A DNA stretch of 64,000 nt, from positions 136-64,135 of the forward strand of contig JBBRXM010000020.1 in the NCBI GenBank assembly GCA_038248405.1, read 5' to 3'. Under the pieces are notes generated by a model. That model worked only from the letters and a program-made list of their open reading frames with translations. It made no database searches and was not told where the DNA came from. This stretch comes from Burkholderiales bacterium. GTDB taxonomy: Bacteria; Pseudomonadota; Gammaproteobacteria; Burkholderiales; Burkholderiaceae_D. A program made the translations under genes and the position numbers. This document shows positions 28,024 through 36,520 of the stretch, piece by piece; within the stretch, counting starts at the first letter, position 1; each line of letters begins with the position of its first letter.

Positions 28024-28938
28024 TCAGCGTGGCTGGCCGAACACCTGCGTCCAGTACACCTGCGGCTTGCCGTTGCCGGCGCTGGTGGCGTAGGCGGCGC
28101 CCATTTCGGTGAACCAGCGGTCCATGATGTTGGCGCAGTGACCGGGGCTGGCCAGCCAGCCGGCCATGGCTCCGTCGGGCGAGGCCTGGCCGGCGGCGAT
28201 GTTTTCGCCGATGCCGCTCCAGCGATAGCCGGCCTGGACGGCGCGCTGCGCGACTTCACGGCCGTCCCTGCCCTTGTGGCTGAAATAGTTTTGCCTGGCC
28301 ATGTCGACGCTGTGCGCGAGCGCGGCAGCGCCGAGCGCCCCATTGAGCGTGAGCGCCGGCGCCGCGGCGAAGTGCTTGTTGCCGCAGTTGCGCTCGGTGG
28401 CCCGTGCGCGGTTGACGGCGTCGAGCAGGATCTGGCCGGCATCGCGCAGGTCCGGCAGGCGGGCGCGCGGCGGTGGCGGCGCCTGCGGCCGGACGAACAC
28501 CACCTGCCAGGTGTCGCCGGTGCGGGCGGCGCCGACGGCGGTGAAGTCGGTGCTCAGCAGGATGCGGCAGTAGGCGCGTTCGATCGCATCCATCGCGGCG
28601 AGCGAATCGCGCGGGCCGGTGACGTAGATGGCCTTGGCGTGGGCGCCGCCGTAGCCGGCCCGCTCGAGCGCACGCGGCAGCGAGCCGCCCGGTTCCACGT
28701 ACACGCGGCCCAGTGCGCGATGCTGCGCCAGCGGCGCCACGGGATCGGCGCGCCAGCCTTCGCAACTGCCGGGATCGGCGCGGTAGTCGTTGATGAGATC
28801 GACCAGCGAATCGCGGTCCTGCGCCTGCGCCGATGCCGCCGCGAACAGCGGCAGGCAGGCGAGCGCGCAACGTGCGATGCCAAGTATATTTGGAGGATTT
28901 CTCAAGGTGCGCGCCTGCTGTGAATAATGTTGTGACAA
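28024..28938 (-). CDS. Secreted CAP (SCP/Tpx-1/PR-1) domain protein, apparently with two CAP-like domains
   Basis: Signal-like segment [16 protein letters not shown]-terminal CAP signatures [19 protein letters not shown] and [12 protein letters not shown]. Start uncertain. Confidence 0.82.
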   Translation of the reverse strand: MSQHYSQQARTLRNPPNILGIARCALACLPLFAAASAQAQDRDSLVDLINDYRADPGSCEGWRADPVAPLAQHRALGRVYVEPGGSLPRALERAGYGGAHAKAIYVTGPRDSLAAMDAIERAYCRILLSTDFTAVGAARTGDTWQVVFVRPQAPPPPRARLPDLRDAGQILLDAVNRARATERNCGNKHFAAAPALTLNGALGAAALAHSVDMARQNYFSHKGRDGREVAQRAVQAGYRWSGIGENIAAGQASPDGAMAGWLASPGHCANIMDRWFTEMGAAYATSAGNGKPQVYWTQVFGQPR

Positions 28939-29081
28939 GCGTTAGAGCCGCTGCCTGCCGCCGAGTTCGGGCACACATTAACATGCAGATGGGCAACATC
29001 AGTTGAGGAAATCGTTTCGAAATGTTGCTGCGGGTACTGGCGCGCGATGGCGCCAGGGGCGGCCAACACGGCGCTGCTGCG

Positions 29082-32000
29082 TCACGCCACCTTGATCGCC
29101 AGCACTTCGCGAATCTTGTGCGCCAGCTGCTCCCTGCGGTAGGGCTTGCCGATCAGCTGGACGCCGTCGTGCAGCCGCCCGCCGGTGGTCAAGGCGTTCT
29201 GCGTGTAGCCGGAGGTGTAGAGCACCGCGACGGCAGGCAGCAGCTGGCGCGCGGCGGCGGCCAGCTGGGTGCTCGACACCGGTCCCGGCATGACGACATC
29301 GGTAAACAACAGGTCGATGGCGGCGCCGCCGCGGATCACCTCGAGGGCGCTGGCACCGTCGTCGGCGTCGAGCACGCGGTAGCCGAGCTGGCGCAGGATG
29401 CCCACCGCCGTCGCTTTGACCTCGGGGTCGTCTTCGACCACCAGCACGGTTTCATTGCCGCCGATCGCATTGAGGGGCGCCGGGGCGACGGCGTCTTCGA
29501 CCGATGCGTCCGAGCGCGGCAGATGGATCACCACGGTGGTGCCCTCGCCCGGCGCGCTGTCGATGTGAATGTGGCCGTTGCTCTGCTTGACGAAACCGTA
29601 TGCCATCGACAGGCCAAGGCCGGTGCCGGCCCCGACCGGCTTGGTGGTAAAAAATGGTTCGAAGGCCAGCGCCACCACTTCGGGCGCCATGCCTGCGCCC
29701 GTGTCGCCAATGGACAGGCGCACGTAGTCGCCGGCGATGGCGTCGACCCAGGCGGGCGCTTCCCCCGGGCGCAGCGTGACGTTGCGCAGGTCGATATGGA
29801 GCGCGCCGCCGGCGGGCATGGCGTCGCGCGCATTGATGGCGAGGTTGAGGATGACGTTCTCGAGCTGGCCAGGATCGGCCAGCGTGTTCCACAGGCCCGG
29901 CTCGGACGCGATGGTGATGGCGACGTGCTCGCCGACTGCGCGCTTGAGCAGGTCGTCCATGTCGCGCATGGCCCGCTGGGCGTTGACGGCAACGGGCTGC
30001 AGCGGCTGGCGCCGCGCGAACACCAGCAGCTGCGACGACAGCTTGGCGCCGCGGTCGACCGCCCCCTGGATGCTGTCGAGGCGCTTCCTGACGCGTTCGT
30101 CGAGATCCTTGGCCACCTTGAGCAGCTGGACGTTGCCGCCGATGATGTGCAGCACGTTGTTGAAGTCGTGGGCGATGCCGCCGGTGAGTTTGCCGACCGA
30201 TTCGAGCTTCTGCGCATGGCTGAGCGCGGTGCGGGCCTCCTCCAGCGCCAGCGAACGGTCGCGCTCGAGCTGCTGCCCCAGCTTGCGTTCGGAGATGTCG
30301 CGGATGAAGGCGCTGACGGCGTGGCCGGCCTCTTGCGGAAAACCGGCGATCGCCAGCTCGACCGGGAGCAAGCGGCCGCCGCGCTGCAAGGCATTCACTT
30401 CGACCACGTTGCCGGCCGAGGCCGCATCGCCGGCGCGCAGGAAGCTCGCGAACGCGGCGTTGTGGGCCGCGCGTGCGGCGTCGGGCACGATCAGCGTGTC
30501 GAGCTGCTGGCCCACCGCTTCGGCTGCCGACCAGCCGAACATCGCCTGCGCTTTGGCGTTCCAGTCGGTGATGCGGCCATCGTGGTCGACGGCGACGAAG
30601 GCGTCGTGCGAATGGTCGAGGATGACCTGCACCCGTTGCTGTTCCGCCGCCAGGCGTGCGTTGGCGGTGCGCAGGTTGTCGGCATCTTCGCGCGAGCGGC
30701 TGATGTCGGTGTGGGTGCCGATCGTGCGCACCGGCTGGCCGGCGGCGGCGCGGGTGACGGCCATGCCGCGCGCCAGGATCCAGCGCCAGCTGCCGTCCTT
30801 GCACAGCATGCGAAATTCGGCCTGGTAGTTGCCGCTGGTGCCGACCAGGTAGGCGTTCAGGGTCAGCATGGTGCCGGCGGCGTCGTCCGGGTGCAGCAGG
30901 CGCTCGAATTCGCCGACGCTGCCGGCAATGTCGTTGTCGTCGTAGCCCAGCATCTGCTTCCAGCGGGTGGAATAGACCACCGTTCCGGTGCCGCGGTCCC
31001 AGTCCCAGACGCCGTCGCCGGCGCCTTCCAGTGCGTATTTCCAGCGAAATTCGCTGTCGCGCAACTGGCGGGTGACGGCGTCGGCCAGCGCCAGCGCCCG
31101 TCCGCGGCCGGACGCGAGCGTCCACACCAGCAGCGCCAGCAGCACGCTGGCGACGCTGCCGACCAGCGCGATGACGCGCGGGCGGTCCGATTCGAGCCGC
31201 GCTTCCAGCAGCGGGGCCGAGCGCAACACCAGCGTCCACGGGCGGCCGCCGATGCCGATGCGCTGGGTGGTGCTAAAGCGCGAGACGTGCCGCGCCTCGG
31301 CCGAATCGGCCGGATCGGAGCGGTGCAGCAGCGACGCCGCCGACGTGTCGAGGCCGTCGTGGATGGCCAGGATGATGTCGCCGGCGCGCTCGGGGCGCAC
31401 GCCGTTCATCAGGTCGTCCACGCGGAACGGCGCCCCGACCCAGCCGATGAGGTTGGCGCGGCGCTGCTCCAGGTCGGCCACCGGCGCGCCGCGGCGATAT
31501 ACGGGCAGGTACATCACCAGGCCGGCCTGCTCGCCCTTGCCGTCCTCCTGGATCAGGCGCACTTTGGCCGAGGCAGCCGCCTTGCCGGTGTCGCGCGCGC
31601 GTTCCATCGCGACGCGCCGGTGGGGGTCGCTGAGCATGTCGAAGCCGGGCGCGCGCAGGTTCAGGCCCGTGAACGGCTCGATGTGGGTGATGGACGAATA
31701 CTGCGCCCGTTCGCCGGCCGGATGGACGGTGTAGGACGCGTTTTTCGCGCGCATGGCCGCCACATGGGGTTCCACTTGCGACGGCGCCAGCAGCTTGACG
31801 AGGGCCAGGCCCTGGATGCCGGGATATTGCTCGTCGAGGCGCAGCGACTGCACGAACAGGCGGAAGTTGGCGGCATCGACATCCAGCGAGCCCAGCAGGT
31901 ACGCCTGCGTGCTGCGCTCGACCTGCTCGTAGATGGACATGCGCTGCTCGATGCGGCGGACGGTCTGGCGGGCAGCGAAGTCGAACTCGGTTTGCTGGAA

Positions 32001-32144
32001 GCCCAGCTGCTGACCGCTGGCGCCGCGCCAGGCGATGTAGGTTGTCGCCAGCGCGACCAGTAACAGCGCGAACGCAAGCACCAATGCGGTTCGCCGCGCC
32101 GGCTGGTGGGCGCCTGGCGGCGGCCGTTGAAATGGAAAGTTCAT
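29082..32144 (-). CDS. Hybrid histidine kinase CHASE-PAS-PAS-HisKA-HATPase-REC
   Basis: TM-CHASE-TM, PAS motifs GDGVWDWD and DGRITDWN, H-box GIAHDFNN, NLAINARDAM, GTGLGL and receiver LLFTDVVMPG. Confidence 0.92.
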   Translation of the reverse strand: MNFPFQRPPPGAHQPARRTALVLAFALLLVALATTYIAWRGASGQQLGFQQTEFDFAARQTVRRIEQRMSIYEQVERSTQAYLLGSLDVDAANFRLFVQSLRLDEQYPGIQGLALVKLLAPSQVEPHVAAMRAKNASYTVHPAGERAQYSSITHIEPFTGLNLRAPGFDMLSDPHRRVAMERARDTGKAAASAKVRLIQEDGKGEQAGLVMYLPVYRRGAPVADLEQRRANLIGWVGAPFRVDDLMNGVRPERAGDIILAIHDGLDTSAASLLHRSDPADSAEARHVSRFSTTQRIGIGGRPWTLVLRSAPLLEARLESDRPRVIALVGSVASVLLALLVWTLASGRGRALALADAVTRQLRDSEFRWKYALEGAGDGVWDWDRGTGTVVYSTRWKQMLGYDDNDIAGSVGEFERLLHPDDAAGTMLTLNAYLVGTSGNYQAEFRMLCKDGSWRWILARGMAVTRAAAGQPVRTIGTHTDISRSREDADNLRTANARLAAEQQRVQVILDHSHDAFVAVDHDGRITDWNAKAQAMFGWSAAEAVGQQLDTLIVPDAARAAHNAAFASFLRAGDAASAGNVVEVNALQRGGRLLPVELAIAGFPQEAGHAVSAFIRDISERKLGQQLERDRSLALEEARTALSHAQKLESVGKLTGGIAHDFNNVLHIIGGNVQLLKVAKDLDERVRKRLDSIQGAVDRGAKLSSQLLVFARRQPLQPVAVNAQRAMRDMDDLLKRAVGEHVAITIASEPGLWNTLADPGQLENVILNLAINARDAMPAGGALHIDLRNVTLRPGEAPAWVDAIAGDYVRLSIGDTGAGMAPEVVALAFEPFFTTKPVGAGTGLGLSMAYGFVKQSNGHIHIDSAPGEGTTVVIHLPRSDASVEDAVAPAPLNAIGGNETVLVVEDDPEVKATAVGILRQLGYRVLDADDGASALEVIRGGAAIDLLFTDVVMPGPVSSTQLAAAARQLLPAVAVLYTSGYTQNALTTGGRLHDGVQLIGKPYRREQLAHKIREVLAIKVA

Positions 32145-32315
32145 CAGGGTGGGGATTTGCCGGTATTGTCTGCCGCCATTATTGTTGAGGGCAGGATAGC
32201 ATGTTGTAACGTTGTTGTAGTCTTACAACCAACGGATCGCTGTGGACGTGCTCATGCGCGCATGCGCCAGGCATCGTCAGTCCGTGCTATAAATTGCATC
32301 ACACGGGAGGACACA

Positions 32316-32492
32316 ATGGCAGAACAGCACGAACGCAAAGATCACGAAACCGAGCAGCAGATCCGGGAGGCGCTGGCAATGAAGAGCGCGCTCGGCTCCG
32401 ACGTGGCGCGCACTTTCATGCGCATGCGCGGCATCAAGCCGGAATTGACCGAGCGGGTGCTGACGGCGCCGCCTGAACAGCTGCGTCACTGA
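32316..32492 (+). CDS. Small hypothetical protein (58 aa)
   Basis: SD GGAGG and ATG at 32316, GC3-rich codon usage, helical sequence. Confidence 0.55.
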   Translation: MAEQHERKDHETEQQIREALAMKSALGSDVARTFMRMRGIKPELTERVLTAPPEQLRH

Positions 32493-32537
32493 AGCACCAT
32501 TGCAGTGTCATCGCCACCTGATCAGGGGACGGACGCC

Positions 32538-33200
32538 ATGGCCATCACGCTGTATTACCATCCGCTTGCTTCGTTCTGCCACAAGGTGCTGGTCGCCTTC
32601 TACGAAAACGGCACGTCTTTCGACCGGCGGCTGATCGACCTGGGCGCCGCCGCCGACCGGGCTGAACTCGCAGCGATCTGGCCGCTCTGCAAATTCCCCG
32701 TCATCCGCGACGCCGCGCGCCACCGGGATGTGCCCGAGTCGTCGTCGATCATCGAATACATCGATCACTACTACCCTGGCGCCGCGCCGCTGGTTCCGCC
32801 GGAATGGGAAGCGGCGCACGAGGTTCGGCTGTGGGACCGGTTCTTCGACAATTACGTGCAGGGGCCGATGCAGGCGATCGTTCTCGACCGGATAACGGGA
32901 TCGAACGGCGACATGGGGCGCGAGCGGGCCGGTCTCGCGACCGCCTATCGGATCATCGAGGCGCGCATGGCGGGGCGAGAGTGGATTGCGGCGGGCGATT
33001 TCAGCATGGCCGATTGCGCCGCTGCGCCGGCCCTGTTCTATGCGGCGACGCTGGTACCGGTGCCCTCCTCCGCCGGCAACCTGGAGGCCTACTTCGAACG
33101 CTTGATGGAACGCCCGTCGGTGCGGCGGGTGCTGGACGAGGCAAGGCCGTACTTCGATATGTACCCGTTTGCGGAGGCGATACCAGGGCGGTTTCGCTAG
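32538..33200 (+). CDS. Glutathione S-transferase family protein
   Basis: LYYHPLASFCHKV, KFPVI, ESSSIIEY and FSMADCAAAPALFY. Confidence 0.9.
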   Translation: MAITLYYHPLASFCHKVLVAFYENGTSFDRRLIDLGAAADRAELAAIWPLCKFPVIRDAARHRDVPESSSIIEYIDHYYPGAAPLVPPEWEAAHEVRLWDRFFDNYVQGPMQAIVLDRITGSNGDMGRERAGLATAYRIIEARMAGREWIAAGDFSMADCAAAPALFYAATLVPVPSSAGNLEAYFERLMERPSVRRVLDEARPYFDMYPFAEAIPGRFR

Positions 33201-33249
33201 CGGGAACCTGCATGCGCGGTCGCCGCTTCATGGTCACGCCCGCCGTGTG

Positions 33250-33636
33250 TTACTGCCCCGCGGGAGGCTGCCACAGCTCGATCTTGTTCCCCTCGGAATC
33301 GATCACCCAGCCAAACTTTCCGTATTCGGAGTCGTCGGTCTTCTCGAGCACGTTGCAGCCCTCCTCCCGCAACGCCTGGAGCAGAGCCGCCAGGTCCTCG
33401 ACCCGATAGTTCACCATGAAGGATGCGGTGCCGGGCGCGAAGTGATCGTTGTCGGCCGCGCCGATGGACCAGATAGTGGTTCCCGCCGCCGGCTTGCCGG
33501 TGTCATCGGTCCAGGTGAATGCCGCGCCACCCCACGCCTGGACGTCGATACCCAGGTGCTGCTGGTACCAGGCGCGCAGCGCGACCGGGTCTTTTGCGTG
33601 GAAGAAGATGCCGCCGATGCCAGTAACTCGCTTCAT
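33250..33636 (-). CDS. VOC (glyoxalase/bleomycin resistance) family protein
   Basis: MKRVTGIGGIFF...FMVNYRV...YGKFGWVIDSEGNKIELWQP. Confidence 0.88.
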   Translation of the reverse strand: MKRVTGIGGIFFHAKDPVALRAWYQQHLGIDVQAWGGAAFTWTDDTGKPAAGTTIWSIGAADNDHFAPGTASFMVNYRVEDLAALLQALREEGCNVLEKTDDSEYGKFGWVIDSEGNKIELWQPPAGQ

Positions 33637-33856
33637 GTGACGCTCCGGTCTGGGGAAAGTGGTTGTGCCGCGGTGTCCGAGACTTGACTGGTACCAGGCG
33701 TGCAATGCAAGGCCTCGCGAGCGGGGACGAAACGCGGCAATTCGTCGCTACGATGGTGCGAACGTTACCATTAGTTGTTTCACTTTTGCAAATTAAAACC
33801 CGGGCATTCAGCTTTTTTCCTGATGCCGGCGACCATGCCAGAAATCCAGCGATAAC

Positions 33857-35188
33857 TTAGGGCGAGTCCGGACGGACATGGCTTGAGGCGTTTTCGCCCA
33901 AACGCTGGCGGATCCATGAAATTACCTGCCTGATCGCTTCAGGGTCCTCATAACTCCTGGAATGCGCCAGTGAAGGTATCGTCTTTCTCCAGTCCAACTC
34001 TTCAGGCTTGCAGTCGATATGCACAAGATGCCAGCGTCCGGGCGGCGTGGCCTCAACTGACAGCTGAACGAATGGCCAGATAAAGGAAAACGGAGCGCCA
34101 CCAAAAGCGCGGGCGAACAGCGCCATCATCGCACCGGCAATCGCAAAGAAAACGGGAAAAAGGAGCCATGTCGCCAGGGTCAAAGTGGCAGGAATGAGAA
34201 AAAGCCAAAAAACATTTATCCAGCTCGCTTTACGCAGAATGAAAAGAAGCCGGTCAAACCAATAGCTAGGTAGCAATATCGATAATTTCGCCAGGATGAT
34301 TCCAGTTAATGTTATCGAGATCAGAGCGATCCAGACTATGCGGAATATTCCGCCAAACCGGATATTTTTGTCTTTTAATGTATCGACGTCCGACGCGGTG
34401 ATAAATACGTAGGCCAGTTGGATGAAAAAAAGCGAAGCATAGTCGACGATGGAGCCAAAAGTCTGCAGCGCCGCGAGAGCAGAGGAGGCCTCATCGCCCG
34501 TGGTACGTACAAAAAGGCACATGTCGCGGTCAATGAACCTGATATTAACCTGGGCCATTAACTGCATAATCTTGCGCCGGACGAGGCGTTCTTCTCGTAC
34601 CCAGGTGTTGCTCATCCACTCATCCATGCTGGACGGGATCCGAAAGCCACGGTATTTGGCCAGTAGCAGGTTTGTACCGAGAAAAAAAGGCGTTACGACA
34701 AGGGCAATGTGAAACCATCTTAACTGCCCAAAAAACGATAACGCCAATACTCCTCCCGCCACAATTGCACCGAGTAGCATCCACAGCCACTTTTCGAGAA
34801 CGATATCCAGTTTGTCGGTACTTGGTTTTTTTCTTATATTGATAAACGGTGTCGATAGAAAAACCGCGCCGACGACGTTCGTCCTCAACTCCGGGCGCTC
34901 GTCCAGGAGTTTTGCGACGATCGAGCCGCCATGGCTGTGTCCGATGAGAATGATTTTTTTGTCATTTAAGGCGTCGGCCACGAGTCGCTCGCTTAACTGC
35001 TCCGCTGCCTCGCTTCGTGCATTGAACGTATTGCATCCAGACCAAAGAAATTTTTCAAAGCACACATTGTACGAAGGAAGCTCGGTTATTATGCTTCTGC
35101 ATAACAAAGAGGTAGCTTGGGTCCAAGGCGCATCGCGTGCCCTGGTTCCATGAACCAATATAACTTTAACTTTGTTGTCGCTCATCAT
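33857..35188 (-). CDS. Hypothetical polytopic membrane protein with alpha/beta-hydrolase (lipase-box) motifs
   Basis: VILVHG, GHSHGG, TGDEA and a C-terminal AHS...helix, with about 5-6 hydrophobic segments in between. The DNA is AT-richer (25/60 G+C at 34201-34260 versus 42/60 at 12061-12120). Confidence 0.7.
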   Translation of the reverse strand: MMSDNKVKVILVHGTRARDAPWTQATSLLCRSIITELPSYNVCFEKFLWSGCNTFNARSEAAEQLSERLVADALNDKKIILIGHSHGGSIVAKLLDERPELRTNVVGAVFLSTPFINIRKKPSTDKLDIVLEKWLWMLLGAIVAGGVLALSFFGQLRWFHIALVVTPFFLGTNLLLAKYRGFRIPSSMDEWMSNTWVREERLVRRKIMQLMAQVNIRFIDRDMCLFVRTTGDEASSALAALQTFGSIVDYASLFFIQLAYVFITASDVDTLKDKNIRFGGIFRIVWIALISITLTGIILAKLSILLPSYWFDRLLFILRKASWINVFWLFLIPATLTLATWLLFPVFFAIAGAMMALFARAFGGAPFSFIWPFVQLSVEATPPGRWHLVHIDCKPEELDWRKTIPSLAHSRSYEDPEAIRQVISWIRQRLGENASSHVRPDSP

Positions 35189-35442
35189 TCACCCCCTTTC
35201 TGGTATGCAGTCAAGGGTTTCGAAAGATGGAACTGCAATGTATCCAGCCTAGAAGCCCCCAATCCTTTGTCAAGGAGCGGTCCCGGCCGAAAATAGCGAC
35301 ATTGGTAGTTGAAACCCTGAGTTATCGGCCCAGACTGCCCGCCGGCCCATGAGACGCGAGACAATACCGCACGCCCACAAACGACCGGTCGATCACGCAG
35401 AAGGGCCGTTCCTTTCGCCTCCTCGTCGGAAACGCCCTGGGG

Positions 35443-36057
35443 TCAGGAACAAGGTCCCATGCCAGGCGAAAAACCCAGGGACTCGGCCGGAACGATTGCA
35501 GCTGCGGACGGCAGCTTCACAGGTAACGGAACAAGCTGGGTAAAGGGACTGTAGTCCAGACGGTCGCATTGCGCGCCGTTGGCCGTGGAGCAAATGCGCG
35601 CGCGTACGAAACGTATGCAGTTGCTGGCGTTGGGATCGCCCATGCAAATCTGTCGATTTTTCCCTGGACAGGTCGGCAACGACCCCGTGGGAATCTCGGT
35701 CATCGTCGTCGTACCATTGCTCTGCCGTGTCAGGGCGAGATAATCGATGCGAACATTCTGATCGCTTACCGGGCTGCCAAACATCAGCTCGCCAGGGGAA
35801 TTCCGGAAAACCGCATTTTGACGAATCAAGGCTGTTTGGCCGGAATCGGCGAAATTGGAGATGGCGGCCGCGCTTGCGGCCCGGCGTGTGACCTCCTGCA
35901 TGGTGTTGTACATGTACATGATTCTGGCGATTTCGATGATGCCAAATACCATTAAGAAGAAGACCTCGATGAGCAGTCCGAACTCAACCAAGGCGATCCC
36001 GCCCTGGGAATTCAGCCCCGACCTGCTGCCCCCGCCGCAACGCTTAATTGCCAACAT
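35443..36057 (-). CDS. TadE-like minor pilin/pseudopilin (Cys-rich C-terminus)
   Basis: Prepilin motif SQGG|IALVEFG (Glu+5), a TM segment, EIARIMY...TRRAA. Confidence 0.82.
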   Translation of the reverse strand: MLAIKRCGGGSRSGLNSQGGIALVEFGLLIEVFFLMVFGIIEIARIMYMYNTMQEVTRRAASAAAISNFADSGQTALIRQNAVFRNSPGELMFGSPVSDQNVRIDYLALTRQSNGTTTMTEIPTGSLPTCPGKNRQICMGDPNASNCIRFVRARICSTANGAQCDRLDYSPFTQLVPLPVKLPSAAAIVPAESLGFSPGMGPCS

Positions 36058-36520
36058 AGGGAAGCTCCACTCGAACAGTGATGGGCAAACCGTAGCGGCC
36101 TGCTTCCACCGAGTTGAAGATTTGGTCGAACATGTCCATGCGAATGATTACGAACACGGTTGTTGGCAAAGGCCGGTTGCCGGTGCCGATACATCGGGCC
36201 CCGCCACAGTACACTTCGACTGCTGGAGCGTATGCGGCGAGGGTGAGTTCCGCGACCTGGGCCGTCGCAATTTGCGTCGCAATGGCCTCTGCAGCCAGGG
36301 ACAAATTGCTGGATTTCATTTCCTGGACCGAAATGGTCGACATGTAACGCGCGGCGCTTTGTGCCGCTCTCTGGGCGGCGCTGTAGTGCCAGCAATAGAC
36401 CGCGACGAACAGCGGCACGGTGAACAGCACCAGCAGGATCGGGATCAGCAGGGCAAGTTCAACTGCGGCGGCGCCATCCTGGCGGCGCTTATCGAGAGCC
36501 TTTCGCATCAACATTTTCAT
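36044..36520 (-). CDS. TadE-like minor pilin/pseudopilin
   Basis: RQDG|AAAVELA (Glu+5), a TM segment, AAQSAARY. The ATG at 36520 overlaps the TadG stop. Confidence 0.82.
   Translation of the reverse strand: MKMLMRKALDKRRQDGAAAVELALLIPILLVLFTVPLFVAVYCWHYSAAQRAAQSAARYMSTISVQEMKSSNLSLAAEAIATQIATAQVAELTLAAYAPAVEVYCGGARCIGTGNRPLPTTVFVIIRMDMFDQIFNSVEAGRYGLPITVRVELPYVGN

Noticed and set aside
27960-28442. 161-aa N-terminal extension of polB in the ORF track
   Set aside because: It overlaps the CAP gene in another frame. Pol II homology begins at (L)[13 protein letters not shown].
29022-32063. Very long alternative-frame ORFs (for example 29022-32063 +, 51803-54046 -, 25590-27689 +, 12018-14078 -, 48230-50368 +, 43083-45140 +)
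   Set aside because: They are antisense shadows of well-supported genes. High GC3 suppresses stop codons, and they carry no recognisable motifs.
32203-32229. Inverted repeat GTTGTAA-N13-TTACAAC between the CHASE kinase and the small ORF
   Set aside because: The arms are short (7 bp) in an AT-rich promoter region and no second copy was seen, so it is compatible with chance.
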